Source: Candidatus Bathyarchaeota archaeon
GTDB lineage: Archaea; Thermoproteota; Bathyarchaeia; Bathyarchaeales; Bathycorpusculaceae
Reading direction: 5' to 3'
NCBI GenBank assembly: GCA_963775685.1
Contig: CAVZJV010000014.1
Coordinates: 1,280,001 to 1,344,000 of the forward strand
DNA: 64,000 nucleotides
The notes below the pieces were generated by a model, which saw only the letters and a list, made by a program, of their open reading frames with translations, did no database searches and was not told where the DNA came from. Shown piece by piece: positions 51,452 through 62,679 of this stretch (its first letter is position 1; every line of letters starts with the position of its first letter). The position numbers and the translations under genes were made by a program.

Positions 51452-51550
51452 AGAGTAAACCTTGCCTTAATTGAGAACCGAGGTTTTCTCTTATACATTT
51501 CGAATAATCTTTGGCAAAGCTTAAACCTGTCAAATCTGCATCAAGAATAC

Positions 51551-51760
51551 ATGAAATGGGTTACGTTTGCTGCTGCTTTCCTTTTGACCGCTGCCTTAGT
51601 TATTGCAGGTGTCGCCCTTTATCCTGAGGTCTTGGGTAAAGCAGCAACCGCCAACAACGATTTTGTCTTTGCTCTCTTTCCGGGGCCGTTCTTTGTTGTT
51701 TTGTTTTTTTCTTGGGTAGGCGAGAAGGTAGTTCTTAGAGTCTGGAAGAAGAAAGAGTAG
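51551..51760 (+). CDS. Small two-TM membrane protein
   Basis: MKWVTFAAAFLL... 69 aa with two hydrophobic segments. Confidence 0.5.
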   Translation: MKWVTFAAAFLLTAALVIAGVALYPEVLGKAATANNDFVFALFPGPFFVVLFFSWVGEKVVLRVWKKKE

Positions 51761-53437
51761 TCACGGTTTTTCTTGGAGTATCCGTCTCAGAACTTTTCCT
51801 GCTGAACTAAGGGGTAGTTCTTTTCTGAATTCGACTTCGCGTATTGCTTTATATGGCGCCATTTTGTTGTTGGCGAAAATCATGATTTCCTCCGCTGATG
51901 CTTGGGCGCCTTCTTTGAGAACTATGAAGGCCTTCGGAACCTCGCCTGCTAGTGTATAGGGTTTGCCTACGACCGCACAGAGTTTCACCGTTGGATGCTC
52001 ATAGAGGACATCTTCGAGTTCCCGCGGGTAGACGCTGTATCCCTTGGTTTTGATGAGGTCTTTTTTGCGGTCAGTAATGTAAAAGTAGCCGTCTTCGTCC
52101 ATGCAGGCGATGTCTCCTGTCAAAAGCCAGCCGTCACGAAGAATCATTGCTGTTTCTTGAGGGTTATGCCAGTATCCCTTCATGATTTGTGGTCCTTTCA
52201 CCGCCAATTCACCCGTCTCGCCTTGGTTAAGGGTTTTTTCGCCGGTCTCCAAGTCAACGATTTTGGCTTCTGTGTCTGGCAGTGGCAACCCGATGGAGCC
52301 TACCTTTACTGTCTGCATTGATCTGTCAACTGGGCTGCAATGTGTGACAGGTGAAGCCTCGGTTAATCCGTAGCCTTCTGCTAGAAGCCCACCTGTGACC
52401 TGCATGAACTTTTTTTGAACCTGCGGCGGCAAAGAGGAAGCGCCTGATATGCAGACGCGGATTGAGGTTAAATCGTATTTGCCAAGGTCAGGGCTGGCGA
52501 TCAGTGCTTGATACATTATTGGGACCCCGCAAAAAACTGACACCTTGTGTTTTTCGATTGTTTGCAGGGCTTGTGCTGGCTCAAACCTTGGCAGTAATGC
52601 CATTTTGGCGGCAAGGCTGATGGGTACGGTCATGCTGGTTGTCATGCCATAAATGTGAAAAAGCGGCAAGGCTATTAGGAAGGTTTCTTTGGCGGCAATA
52701 CCCCGAATCCAGGTAGCGAATGCGAGGGCGTTTGAGAGGAGGTTGCGGTGGGTTAGCATGGCACCTTTTGTGGTTCCTGTGGTGCCGCCGGTGTATTGCA
52801 ACGCAGCAAGATCTTCAGAAGGGTTGAATTGTATGTTTGGCAGGCTTTGGGACATATCTGCAACTAACTGCCGGAATGAATATGTGTTTGAAATGTTTTG
52901 AGTTGAAGGGTTTTTTGAACCGTAATCATCTAATCCGGTTAGAATGATGTTTTTGAGGTGGGTTTTCTTTTCTGTCGCAGCCAGAATTGGATAGAGCGAA
53001 TCTAGCGCTACTATGGTTTGTGCGCCTGAATCGGATAGTTGATACATAACTTCTCGTTCTCGATGAAGCGGGCTAATAGCTGTTACAACTGCGCCTGCCT
53101 TAAGAGCACCAAAATACGCAAAAATAAATTGCGGAATATTTGGCAGAAAAACAGCCACCCTGCAATCTTTCTCCATGCCTAACTTGATTAGCGCATTGGC
53201 AAACTGATTTGAGAACGCGTCCAGCTGCGCGTAGCTGATTTCGTGTTCGTTGTAGGTTATGGCGGTTTTTTCTGGGTAAGCCTTGGCGGTTTTGTGTAGG
53301 ATTTCTTGCAGAGGAGATTTTGGATAATCTATGTGTTTTGGCACTCCGGCAGGCCAGCTGTTAAACCGAGGTGTATTGTTTTGCATCAAGTTTGGTCTTG
53401 GAATCATTTGTCTGATAAAGGTAAAAACTCTTCCCAT
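51761..53437 (-). CDS. Long-chain fatty acid-CoA ligase (ANL family)
   Basis: Motifs QYTGGTTGTTKG, EGYGLTE, WLLTGD and SSAGKVLRR. The true start may be ~50 nt inside. Confidence 0.93.
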   Translation of the reverse strand: MGRVFTFIRQMIPRPNLMQNNTPRFNSWPAGVPKHIDYPKSPLQEILHKTAKAYPEKTAITYNEHEISYAQLDAFSNQFANALIKLGMEKDCRVAVFLPNIPQFIFAYFGALKAGAVVTAISPLHREREVMYQLSDSGAQTIVALDSLYPILAATEKKTHLKNIILTGLDDYGSKNPSTQNISNTYSFRQLVADMSQSLPNIQFNPSEDLAALQYTGGTTGTTKGAMLTHRNLLSNALAFATWIRGIAAKETFLIALPLFHIYGMTTSMTVPISLAAKMALLPRFEPAQALQTIEKHKVSVFCGVPIMYQALIASPDLGKYDLTSIRVCISGASSLPPQVQKKFMQVTGGLLAEGYGLTEASPVTHCSPVDRSMQTVKVGSIGLPLPDTEAKIVDLETGEKTLNQGETGELAVKGPQIMKGYWHNPQETAMILRDGWLLTGDIACMDEDGYFYITDRKKDLIKTKGYSVYPRELEDVLYEHPTVKLCAVVGKPYTLAGEVPKAFIVLKEGAQASAEEIMIFANNKMAPYKAIREVEFRKELPLSSAGKVLRRILQEKP

Positions 53438-53489
53438 TAAGAGCTTCTTTCATTTTTTTGTACAAAGAATATGGATTATTTTTGTGCGA

Positions 53490-53663
53490 TAAGAGAACAA
53501 CAACACTTGAATTTGCTATGCTGAAAGCTTATTTTTGGGGTGGTTCTTTAATTTAGGGGTTGTGGTGTTTGCAGGTTGCGTCTGGAAACGTCACAAAACG
53601 TCATGAAAAGTCAACGGATCATGGGAGAAGAACAACAATGCCGTTAACTGAACAAGTAAAATT
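53490..53663 (+). repeat. 174-bp repeat, copy B
   Basis: Exact reverse complement of 23536-23709. Confidence 0.95.
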
Positions 53664-53916
53664 CCAGTCAAGATTGCAGAGGGGTAACCGGGTGCAAGTC
53701 CCAAATATGGTGCGGTGGCGGTTCAAGCTTAAGAGCTACCAAATTTTAGAAGTCACTGTAGGCCTTCTTGGGGTATGGGGTGCTTCTCAGAACTTCCTGA
53801 CAAGAATGAGCAAAGATGGAAGAATTGTAATCCCCAAACAAGCATTAGATTTACTAAGAAATGGTAAATTCAACATTGAAGGCCACATGATGGAAGTTAC
53901 TCTATCACCATCCTAA
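53638..53916 (+). CDS. Tandem swapped-hairpin (AbrB/MraZ-like) DNA-binding protein
   Basis: Two AbrB-like units: LQRGNRVQVP..VR and RMSKDGRIVIPK. RBS GGGAG. Confidence 0.7.
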   Translation: MPLTEQVKFQSRLQRGNRVQVPNMVRWRFKLKSYQILEVTVGLLGVWGASQNFLTRMSKDGRIVIPKQALDLLRNGKFNIEGHMMEVTLSPS

Positions 53917-54368
53917 ACACTTTGATTGTTATTGCCGTTTCCATAAAGAAAAAATTAAAAATTATTGTTGTATATAGAGGTATTTGAGTCTTTCTGCGTA
54001 AGTGAGTCTTTGAAGTTGAAACAGTCTTTGTCGGATAAAGACTACAATTTAAGAGGGCGTAGAGGCCTCAATAGTATATAGTTTTGCTTTCCAGTGACGT
54101 TAGTTGCATAAACAAGAAGTATCTGAGAAAAGCTTTTAATGTTGTTCAAAGTCAGATTTAAAGAACGCTCGAACGGTCACGCGTCTTTTTTATTGCGAGC
54201 ACATTTTGGCTTCAAAGTAGAGGTGGGATTGGAACTCTAAGAGCGCAAGCCTGCAGACTAACTTTTCTTGTAAGTCAGATTCGATGCGGAATAAGAGCTT
54301 AGAGAGGTGAGGTCGAGAGTCAACTCACACAAGACGGGACTGTGTGTAAAGATTGGAAAGTGTTTCAG

Positions 54369-54815
54369 TTATTGAACATGTTTTTTATTTGAACATTTTT
54401 CGCAAACGCCATAAACGTCAAGACGCTGACTTGTAGGAATGAACTCAGTAACCTTAACAACCCTTTTAATCAGTTCTTGTGCAATAGGGTCCTCTAAATC
54501 TTGGATTTTTCCGCATCTTGAGCAAACCAAGTTTATGTGTGGTTCAAGATAAGGATCATATCTTGTCTGATCGTAGGGAAAATCCAATTCTTGGATCAAG
54601 CCGCGCCCCCTTAGAATCTGAAGAGTCTTATACACTGTAGCTAAACTTACTGTGGGGTTAGTCTTTCTGACTTCATTGTAGATTCTTTGCACATTAGGAT
54701 GCTCTCGACTCAAAAGCGCAAATTTGCAGATTGCTATTCTTTGCGGAGTTGCCTTGTATCCTTTGCTGCGAAGAGTCTGAATTATCAACGCAACTGATTT
54801 GTTCGGTTCTTGCAT
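54369..54815 (-). CDS. Fur-family repressor, probably PerR
   Basis: Motifs TPQR, HP, SLATVYKTL, H.NLVCSRCG and CEKC; divergent from catalase genes. Confidence 0.9.
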   Translation of the reverse strand: MQEPNKSVALIIQTLRSKGYKATPQRIAICKFALLSREHPNVQRIYNEVRKTNPTVSLATVYKTLQILRGRGLIQELDFPYDQTRYDPYLEPHINLVCSRCGKIQDLEDPIAQELIKRVVKVTEFIPTSQRLDVYGVCEKCSNKKHVQ

Positions 54816-54903
54816 GCGCTATATTAGGTAATAATAACTCTTAAATAAATTCATTCCCTTATATGTAGTAAGGTCTCGTGTGAACGAGACAGGATGTTAA
54901 ATT

Positions 54904-57247
<2,344 letters not shown>

Positions 57248-57279
57248 TCATAGCAAATGCTATAGATAATAATACAGCA

Positions 57280-57382
57280 ACAGTTGCTCACTCGGAACAA
57301 GAAGTTTGTGAACTAAATAGAAGCAGGCTACGAATGCGTTTGCGAAATGGATCATTTCAAGCTTTCCAGAATATGCAAATAG
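57280..57382 (+). pseudogene. Probable C-terminal relic of a tyrosine recombinase/integrase
   Basis: VAHSEQEVCEL/IEAGYECVCEMDHFKLSRICK* resembles the C-terminal tail (VA...EE.C.LIEAGFEYVC....K.FRKRK) that I recall from Bathyarchaeia integrases. Not searched. Confidence 0.55.
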
Positions 57383-57554
57383 TCTTCAGTCGCCAAAGAC
57401 TAGAGATTCGCCCAGAACTGGGGGTTTATGCTGAAGAGCAGGGATGGACTTTTGACTTGAAGTGCGACTCCTCAAGCGGTTTACGGGTAATTGAAGTCGC
57501 CTTTATGCAAATTAATTTGGATTCCTCTAATTTCGATGAATTGACCTCCCTGCT

Positions 57555-57684
57555 TTAACAATATTTCAAATGAAGCAAATCACTAATTTTTAATAAACTC
57601 AACTACGTATATTTTAGGACAAAATAAACATAAAAATAACTCAAACCAGTAAAATGGCGCCGGGATTGGGGATTCTATCCCCAA
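57555..57684 (-). repeat. Diverged ~125-bp direct repeat, copy 1, ending in a tRNA-3'-like sequence
   Basis: Shares AGCAAATCACTAATTT and GTAAAATGGCGC with 61085-61208. The minus strand reads GGGGATAGAATCCCCAATCCCGGCGCCA. Confidence 0.7.
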
Positions 57685-57884
57685 TTTACCAGTAAAAAGA
57701 AGTTAAGTATGAACCAGCCGGGCTCCCATAAAAGGGCTAAAGTTCCTTTACTTTAAACTGCTATCTAAAGCTTTGGGGGTTTAAGCTTTTTCAAATCATT
57801 ATTATTCAATAGTAGACTTCTGGTGTTAGGCTATTTTCTAAGCCATGCAGATTTAAGACTTATCTTGAAAAGAGCCAGAAATGG

Positions 57885-58463
57885 TTATGGCAAATTTGTC
57901 CACACTGGAGTTATAGTCCAATTGGCAACTGTGCCTTCGTGAAAGACATTTAGACCAATTACTACGGTCCCACCACCAGCTAAAGAGGGAAGTAAATAAT
58001 TTGGATTGTTGTCGCCATTTGCAATGTAAGCCGAAGATGAGACAGCCCCACTTCCATAATTTGTTACAATATTATTATTCAAAGGAACAGTCATATTCAA
58101 CTCTATAGTGCCATTGACAGAAGAAGCAACGACATGCAATCCTGCGTTAAATGCTGTCCCTTCTCCCGTATTCGTTACTGTACCAGATATCCAAAGGTGA
58201 TTATAGGGATTGCCTGCTATTTCAGTTGCCCCCAATTTAGTTGCAAGATTTGGAGATGTCAGGTTTTCTAGACCAAAGACACCTATTTTGCTGCTTAAAT
58301 TTGCTATTTCGTTATTCAGATTGACTATTTGGGAATCCAACGAATTTATTTTGGAGTTTCTGTCGTTTATTATACCATTATAATAGTAGATTGTTCCAGC
58401 AATTGCACTTACAAAGAGTGCAATTATCATCAATAATGAAATAGCTATTTTTTTCCTATTCAT
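57885..58463 (-). CDS. Membrane-anchored exported protein (TM + coiled coil + Ig-like beta domain)
   Basis: N-terminal TM helix, heptad region and motif ISGTVTNTGEGTAFNAGL. Confidence 0.75.
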   Translation of the reverse strand: MNRKKIAISLLMIIALFVSAIAGTIYYYNGIINDRNSKINSLDSQIVNLNNEIANLSSKIGVFGLENLTSPNLATKLGATEIAGNPYNHLWISGTVTNTGEGTAFNAGLHVVASSVNGTIELNMTVPLNNNIVTNYGSGAVSSSAYIANGDNNPNYLLPSLAGGGTVVIGLNVFHEGTVANWTITPVWTNLP

Positions 58464-58489
58464 GCTATCTTGCCCAGCCTACTCCGTTT

Positions 58490-59629
58490 CTAAGTTTTTT
58501 CCCTATAATGGAAAGCTACCGCAAAGGTCGCTGTACCCAACAATACAAGAATAATTATCAACCAAGAAAACTCTGGAACGGTTGATGTTGGGGATGCTGA
58601 TGGCAAAGAGTCATATGATACAAATTGAACAGAGGCATTGCCCAAATCAAGCATGACATTCCGCCCTGAGTCATAAACCATTAATACACTTTTTATGGGA
58701 ACTGTATCGATAACAGTCTTTGTTTTAACAGAAACAATATCGGTGCTATCTACGCCATCGCTTACAAACAAAACACCTTTAGCAGGGTCATAGCCAACGC
58801 CTATTGGATTGCGGCCCACTTGAATCGAGCCAACGACTGAATGAGTTTTATCTGATATTACTAATACGGAACTGTTGGCTGGATTAGGAATGTATATTTC
58901 ACCAGTGGTTGGATCGCAGGCTCCAAGAGTCGCTATATTGTTATCAAGTTGAACGGTTGCGATTACGGAATTAGTTGAGTCTGACATGACTGACATGAAA
59001 TTTGCTGGGTTCCTGCCTGACAAGCCTTCAAATGTAACATAAATTTCTCCCTTGCCAGCATCATAAATTAAGCCATTCGGGTAAGGATTAGTTCCCAAGG
59101 GAATGGTTGCCACTACTTCGCGCGTACTATCCAAAATGACTGAGGCCACCCCAGAGGCATAGTTGCTGACAAACATCTCACCTTTGCCTGAATCATAAAC
59201 GATATTTGATATTCCTCCATGGCTTGAGTTTGTACTCAAATCGATTGTTGCAACAACTGAATTGCTGTCATCGGAAATGACCGATACGGTGCCTGAGTTT
59301 TGATTTGTAACAAAGACTTCGTGACGGGCTGAATCAAACGCTATACTGCTTGGGAATTCACCAACCGAAACATTTGCCAACGTTGTATAGTCACTGTCTG
59401 ATATTGCTGATACTGTATTGGTTGGTCCGCTAACATGCATTCCTATCTCGTTTACATATGAATAATAAGTGGTTACCCATACTGCGCCTTTGTAGGAATC
59501 ATAAGCCATAGTTGTTCCCACATTAAGCGATATTGATTTAACAATCTCAACAGCTTGAACTGTTCTTGCAGCTGATAGAAGAATCAAGAGTGTCAGAATT
59601 ATGGCAAGTAAGCTATTCTTCTTCATCAT
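58490..59629 (-). CDS. Secreted YncE/YVTN-type beta-propeller with PEF-CTERM-like sorting signal
   Basis: Signal peptide, repeats FVTN..SGTVSVI...NSVVATI, and C-terminal VPEFS + TM + basic residues. Confidence 0.85.
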   Translation of the reverse strand: MMKKNSLLAIILTLLILLSAARTVQAVEIVKSISLNVGTTMAYDSYKGAVWVTTYYSYVNEIGMHVSGPTNTVSAISDSDYTTLANVSVGEFPSSIAFDSARHEVFVTNQNSGTVSVISDDSNSVVATIDLSTNSSHGGISNIVYDSGKGEMFVSNYASGVASVILDSTREVVATIPLGTNPYPNGLIYDAGKGEIYVTFEGLSGRNPANFMSVMSDSTNSVIATVQLDNNIATLGACDPTTGEIYIPNPANSSVLVISDKTHSVVGSIQVGRNPIGVGYDPAKGVLFVSDGVDSTDIVSVKTKTVIDTVPIKSVLMVYDSGRNVMLDLGNASVQFVSYDSLPSASPTSTVPEFSWLIIILVLLGTATFAVAFHYREKT

Positions 59630-60225
59630 TGATTATTTGCTCTTAGTTGCTTTTAGTTCTATTCTTGGAACATGCTGTTCTCTTTTGGAACGTATGCTTT
59701 CTGCGTGTTCAATTCTTTCTTGTAGTCCGTGAGATAGATTTAAATTGAGAGAGATAAAGTATAAAAAATAGTTTTTTTTGCCTTAAATTCTAATTCAAAC
59801 ATAAGGCTATATTTCAATCCCTAAATAGGCAGAATTGTAGACCACTCGGGGAGTAACCATGTATATTACCGAGAACAAAAATACTCCGGTAAAGGAGATT
59901 AAAGAAAACTTAGTTATTGACTGCATTAGAATAGCTTCTTTCTTTGTTTTACTTCTTTGTTAGTTAATTGTTTTTATCCTTCTCTAACTCTTCTTTTGAT
60001 TGAAACTTTAGTCTGTTGGAGATTCCAGTCTTAGAGTCTACCTTCTGCTCATGTTCTTCAATTCTTACGCTCCATGTGTATGGGATTTGAATGTTAGTAT
60101 TTGGAAGCACTGATTGTTGTGTAATCTTCTTTGGTAGCTTAGTTACAGGGTCGTTCTCTAAAGTCTTCTCGCATACCTCAAACTTTCCAATGTATCCTTG
60201 CCTAAGAGTTTGGAGAACAAACAAT

Positions 60226-60388
60226 CAAAGAATCAGGATTATACGATAAAGTCATTCCATATTCAGAAGAATCTACGCAGGCAGAAATTGCACAAGCACT
60301 CATTCATCGTTATGGGGTGGCAATTTCTGAAGGAAAAGGAAAGTTTGGAATAGTTACGAGGAATGATTCCATGCAACTTCTAATTTGA
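60226..60388 (+). pseudogene. Possible CBS-domain C-terminal fragment
   Basis: ...EESTQAEIAQALIHRYGVAISEGKGKFGIVTRNDSMQLLI* contains GIVTRxD; no start codon found. Confidence 0.35.
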
Positions 60389-60703
60389 TTTTCTTCCAGA
60401 ATTAATACTGAATTTTTCCCAACAATCTTTTTTATCAAAATAACCTGTCACTTAGGTTATTTTGGTAGTGTTGAAATAATTTTTTGGGGTAGCTATATTT
60501 TCTAACTCTAAAGCTTCTCAGGGCAGTAGAGATTAAGAAGAAAAGTATTTTGTTATCATAGTAAGTACTTAATGTAGGTAAGTTTTTCTCATCAGGTTTT
60601 AGAACATTGATATCTGGTATTTTCGCTTAAGTTCTTTGAGTAATAAGAGCTATCGCTATTCTAATTAGATAGAGTAGACTGCTGTTAACATTGAGGTTAT
60701 AAC

Positions 60704-60982
60704 ATGATTTTCATCAATCTTGGCAAGTTTAGAAGGAAGCCTACAAAAGATATGGCAGACGAGGTAGAAAAAATTACTAAAATTGTGACTGAGAAAGAAG
60801 GCGTTAATATTACTGGATTCTACTGGACTCTTGGCAGATACGACACAGTAGTAATTATGGAAGCACCTGATGAGAAAGTAGCAATGAAAGTCAACCTAAT
60901 GTATAGTGACTTTGTCTCAACACAGACTATGGTGGCAGTACCAAGAGAAGAAGCGATAAAATTAGTCACAGCCAGCCACTAA
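60704..60982 (+). CDS. GYD-domain protein
   Basis: Motifs FYWTLGRYDTVVIMEAPDE and STQTMVA. Confidence 0.88.
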   Translation: MIFINLGKFRRKPTKDMADEVEKITKIVTEKEGVNITGFYWTLGRYDTVVIMEAPDEKVAMKVNLMYSDFVSTQTMVAVPREEAIKLVTASH

Positions 60983-61084
60983 CTCAATTAAGAATTAACA
61001 CTAACTTCTTTTCTTTTAACTTGTTAACTACCGAAAGTTCACAGGATTCTTTTCCCCGTTTAGGGTCAAAGAGGTTGTTTTCTT

Positions 61085-61208
61085 TTTACAAGATTCTATA
61101 TGTAGCAAATCACTAATTTGAAATGACTTCAAAAGTATAGACTTTAGATAAAATAAGCGCAAAAACAGCCATAACTGGTAAAATGGCGCTTGGATGGGGA
61201 TTTGAACC
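61085..61208 (-). repeat. Diverged direct repeat, copy 2, ending in a tRNA-3'-like sequence
   Basis: The minus strand reads GGTTCAAATCCCCATCCAAGCGCCA (T-loop...CCA). Confidence 0.7.
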
Positions 61209-61329
61209 ATGTCATCTTCAATTATTTCAGCTTAACCCTTAATTTATCTGGATTTTTGTTTTCCTAAACCTATAGGCGATAATTTCTATTTTAGGACAAG
61301 TTTAATTGGTTTGAATATGATTCAATGTT

Positions 61330-62679
61330 ATGCTTCGTTTGTGGTTTGACGGAGGTACCCTTCTTTTAAAAGGTCAAATCGGAACTCCATATGGAAAATG
61401 GGATTCAAGAGTTGGCTGCTACAGAATTAAGGCAAACCATTACAAAGATGTTTTAGAATACTTGGCTGAAAGCAAACTTCAGGTACAAGACGATGTTACC
61501 GCATTACCGCCCCTTGAACAACTCAAAAGTAACGTCGCCCTAAGAGACTACCAGAACAAGGCATTTGACGGTTGGTGCCGAGCGCACAACCGAGGGATCT
61601 TGGTATTACCTACTGCAGCGGGAAAGACTTTCATCGCATTAAAAGCAATTGAAAAATTGAAAGTTCAGACCTTAATCGTAGTCCCCACATTGGACCTAAT
61701 TGACCAATGGAGAAAACGAATCAAAGATTGCCTAAATCTAGAAACGGGTGCTATTGGTGGTGGCGAGAACACTCTACAGATGGTAACAGTTACAACTTAT
61801 GATTCAGCCTACATACACGCTGATCAACTTGGCAATAAGTTCAGGCTACTAATATTCGACGAAGTGCACCACTTAGCTTCTCCAGCCTACATGCAAATAG
61901 CTGAAATGTATATTGCACCCTACCGCATGGGTTTAACCGCCACTTATGAAAGAAACGATCAAAGACATTCGTTACTTCCTCAGCTCGTAGGCGATCCAGT
62001 TTGTTCAATTGATGTTGACGAGCTTGCAGGGGAGCATCTCTCACCCTACACGTATGAGAAAATATCAGTTGAATTAACGCCTCAAGAACAACAAATCTAC
62101 GACTCCCAAATTGAGATTTTTAGAAAGTTTCTTCGAACACGAAAACTCACCATAAAAAGTGCTGCGGACTTCCAAAAATTCATAATGACTACAGGAAGAG
62201 ACCCCAAAGCACGTGAAGCGTTACTCGCAAGAAACCACGCAATGAAAGTTGCAGTAAACTCGGAAGCAAAACTAACCGTGTTAGCCCATCAACTTGAGAC
62301 TCATAAAAAGGAAAAAATTCTCATTTTTACACTCTACAATGACTTGGTCTACAGGATTAGTTTGCGTTTCTTAGTTCCAGCAATTACCTATCAAACTCCG
62401 AGGGAAGAACGCCGAGAAATACTAGAAAATTTTGGGAATGGCAAATATCCCGTTGTTGTTACGTCTCAAGTTTTGGATGAGGGCGTAGATGTCCCAGATG
62501 CCTCAGTAGGTTTAGTTTTGGGTGGAACGGGCAGCAACAGAGAACACGTCCAAAGACTCGGACGACTGCTCAGAAAGAAAGAAGGCAAAATAGCCCGTCT
62601 AATCGAATTAATCTCCAAAGAAACCATGGAAGTGGCTACGAGTCGAAGGCGGCACCAAAAAATCGGAGGTGCAACATAG
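61330..62679 (+). CDS. xpb: XPB/Rad25-family SF2 DNA helicase
   Basis: Motifs LRDYQ, LPTAAGKT, DEVHH, GLTAT, LDEGVDVP and QRLGRLLR. Confidence 0.92.
   Translation: MLRLWFDGGTLLLKGQIGTPYGKWDSRVGCYRIKANHYKDVLEYLAESKLQVQDDVTALPPLEQLKSNVALRDYQNKAFDGWCRAHNRGILVLPTAAGKTFIALKAIEKLKVQTLIVVPTLDLIDQWRKRIKDCLNLETGAIGGGENTLQMVTVTTYDSAYIHADQLGNKFRLLIFDEVHHLASPAYMQIAEMYIAPYRMGLTATYERNDQRHSLLPQLVGDPVCSIDVDELAGEHLSPYTYEKISVELTPQEQQIYDSQIEIFRKFLRTRKLTIKSAADFQKFIMTTGRDPKAREALLARNHAMKVAVNSEAKLTVLAHQLETHKKEKILIFTLYNDLVYRISLRFLVPAITYQTPREERREILENFGNGKYPVVVTSQVLDEGVDVPDASVGLVLGGTGSNREHVQRLGRLLRKKEGKIARLIELISKETMEVATSRRRHQKIGGAT

Noticed and set aside
51248-51550. Extended 170-aa ORF overlapping hypF
   Set aside because: Only the part from ATG 51551 looks coding; the rest is antisense to hypF and its promoter.
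54220-54240. GTGGGATTGGAAC as another tRNA-like att scar
   Set aside because: The match is too short and has no acceptor/CCA end.
59964-60224. 86-aa minus-strand ORF
   Set aside because: No recognisable family or clear start; probably a fragment in a decayed region.
57655-61208. Functional tRNA genes
   Set aside because: Only T-arm/acceptor-like 3' ends are present; there are no D or anticodon arms and no matching 5' acceptor strand.
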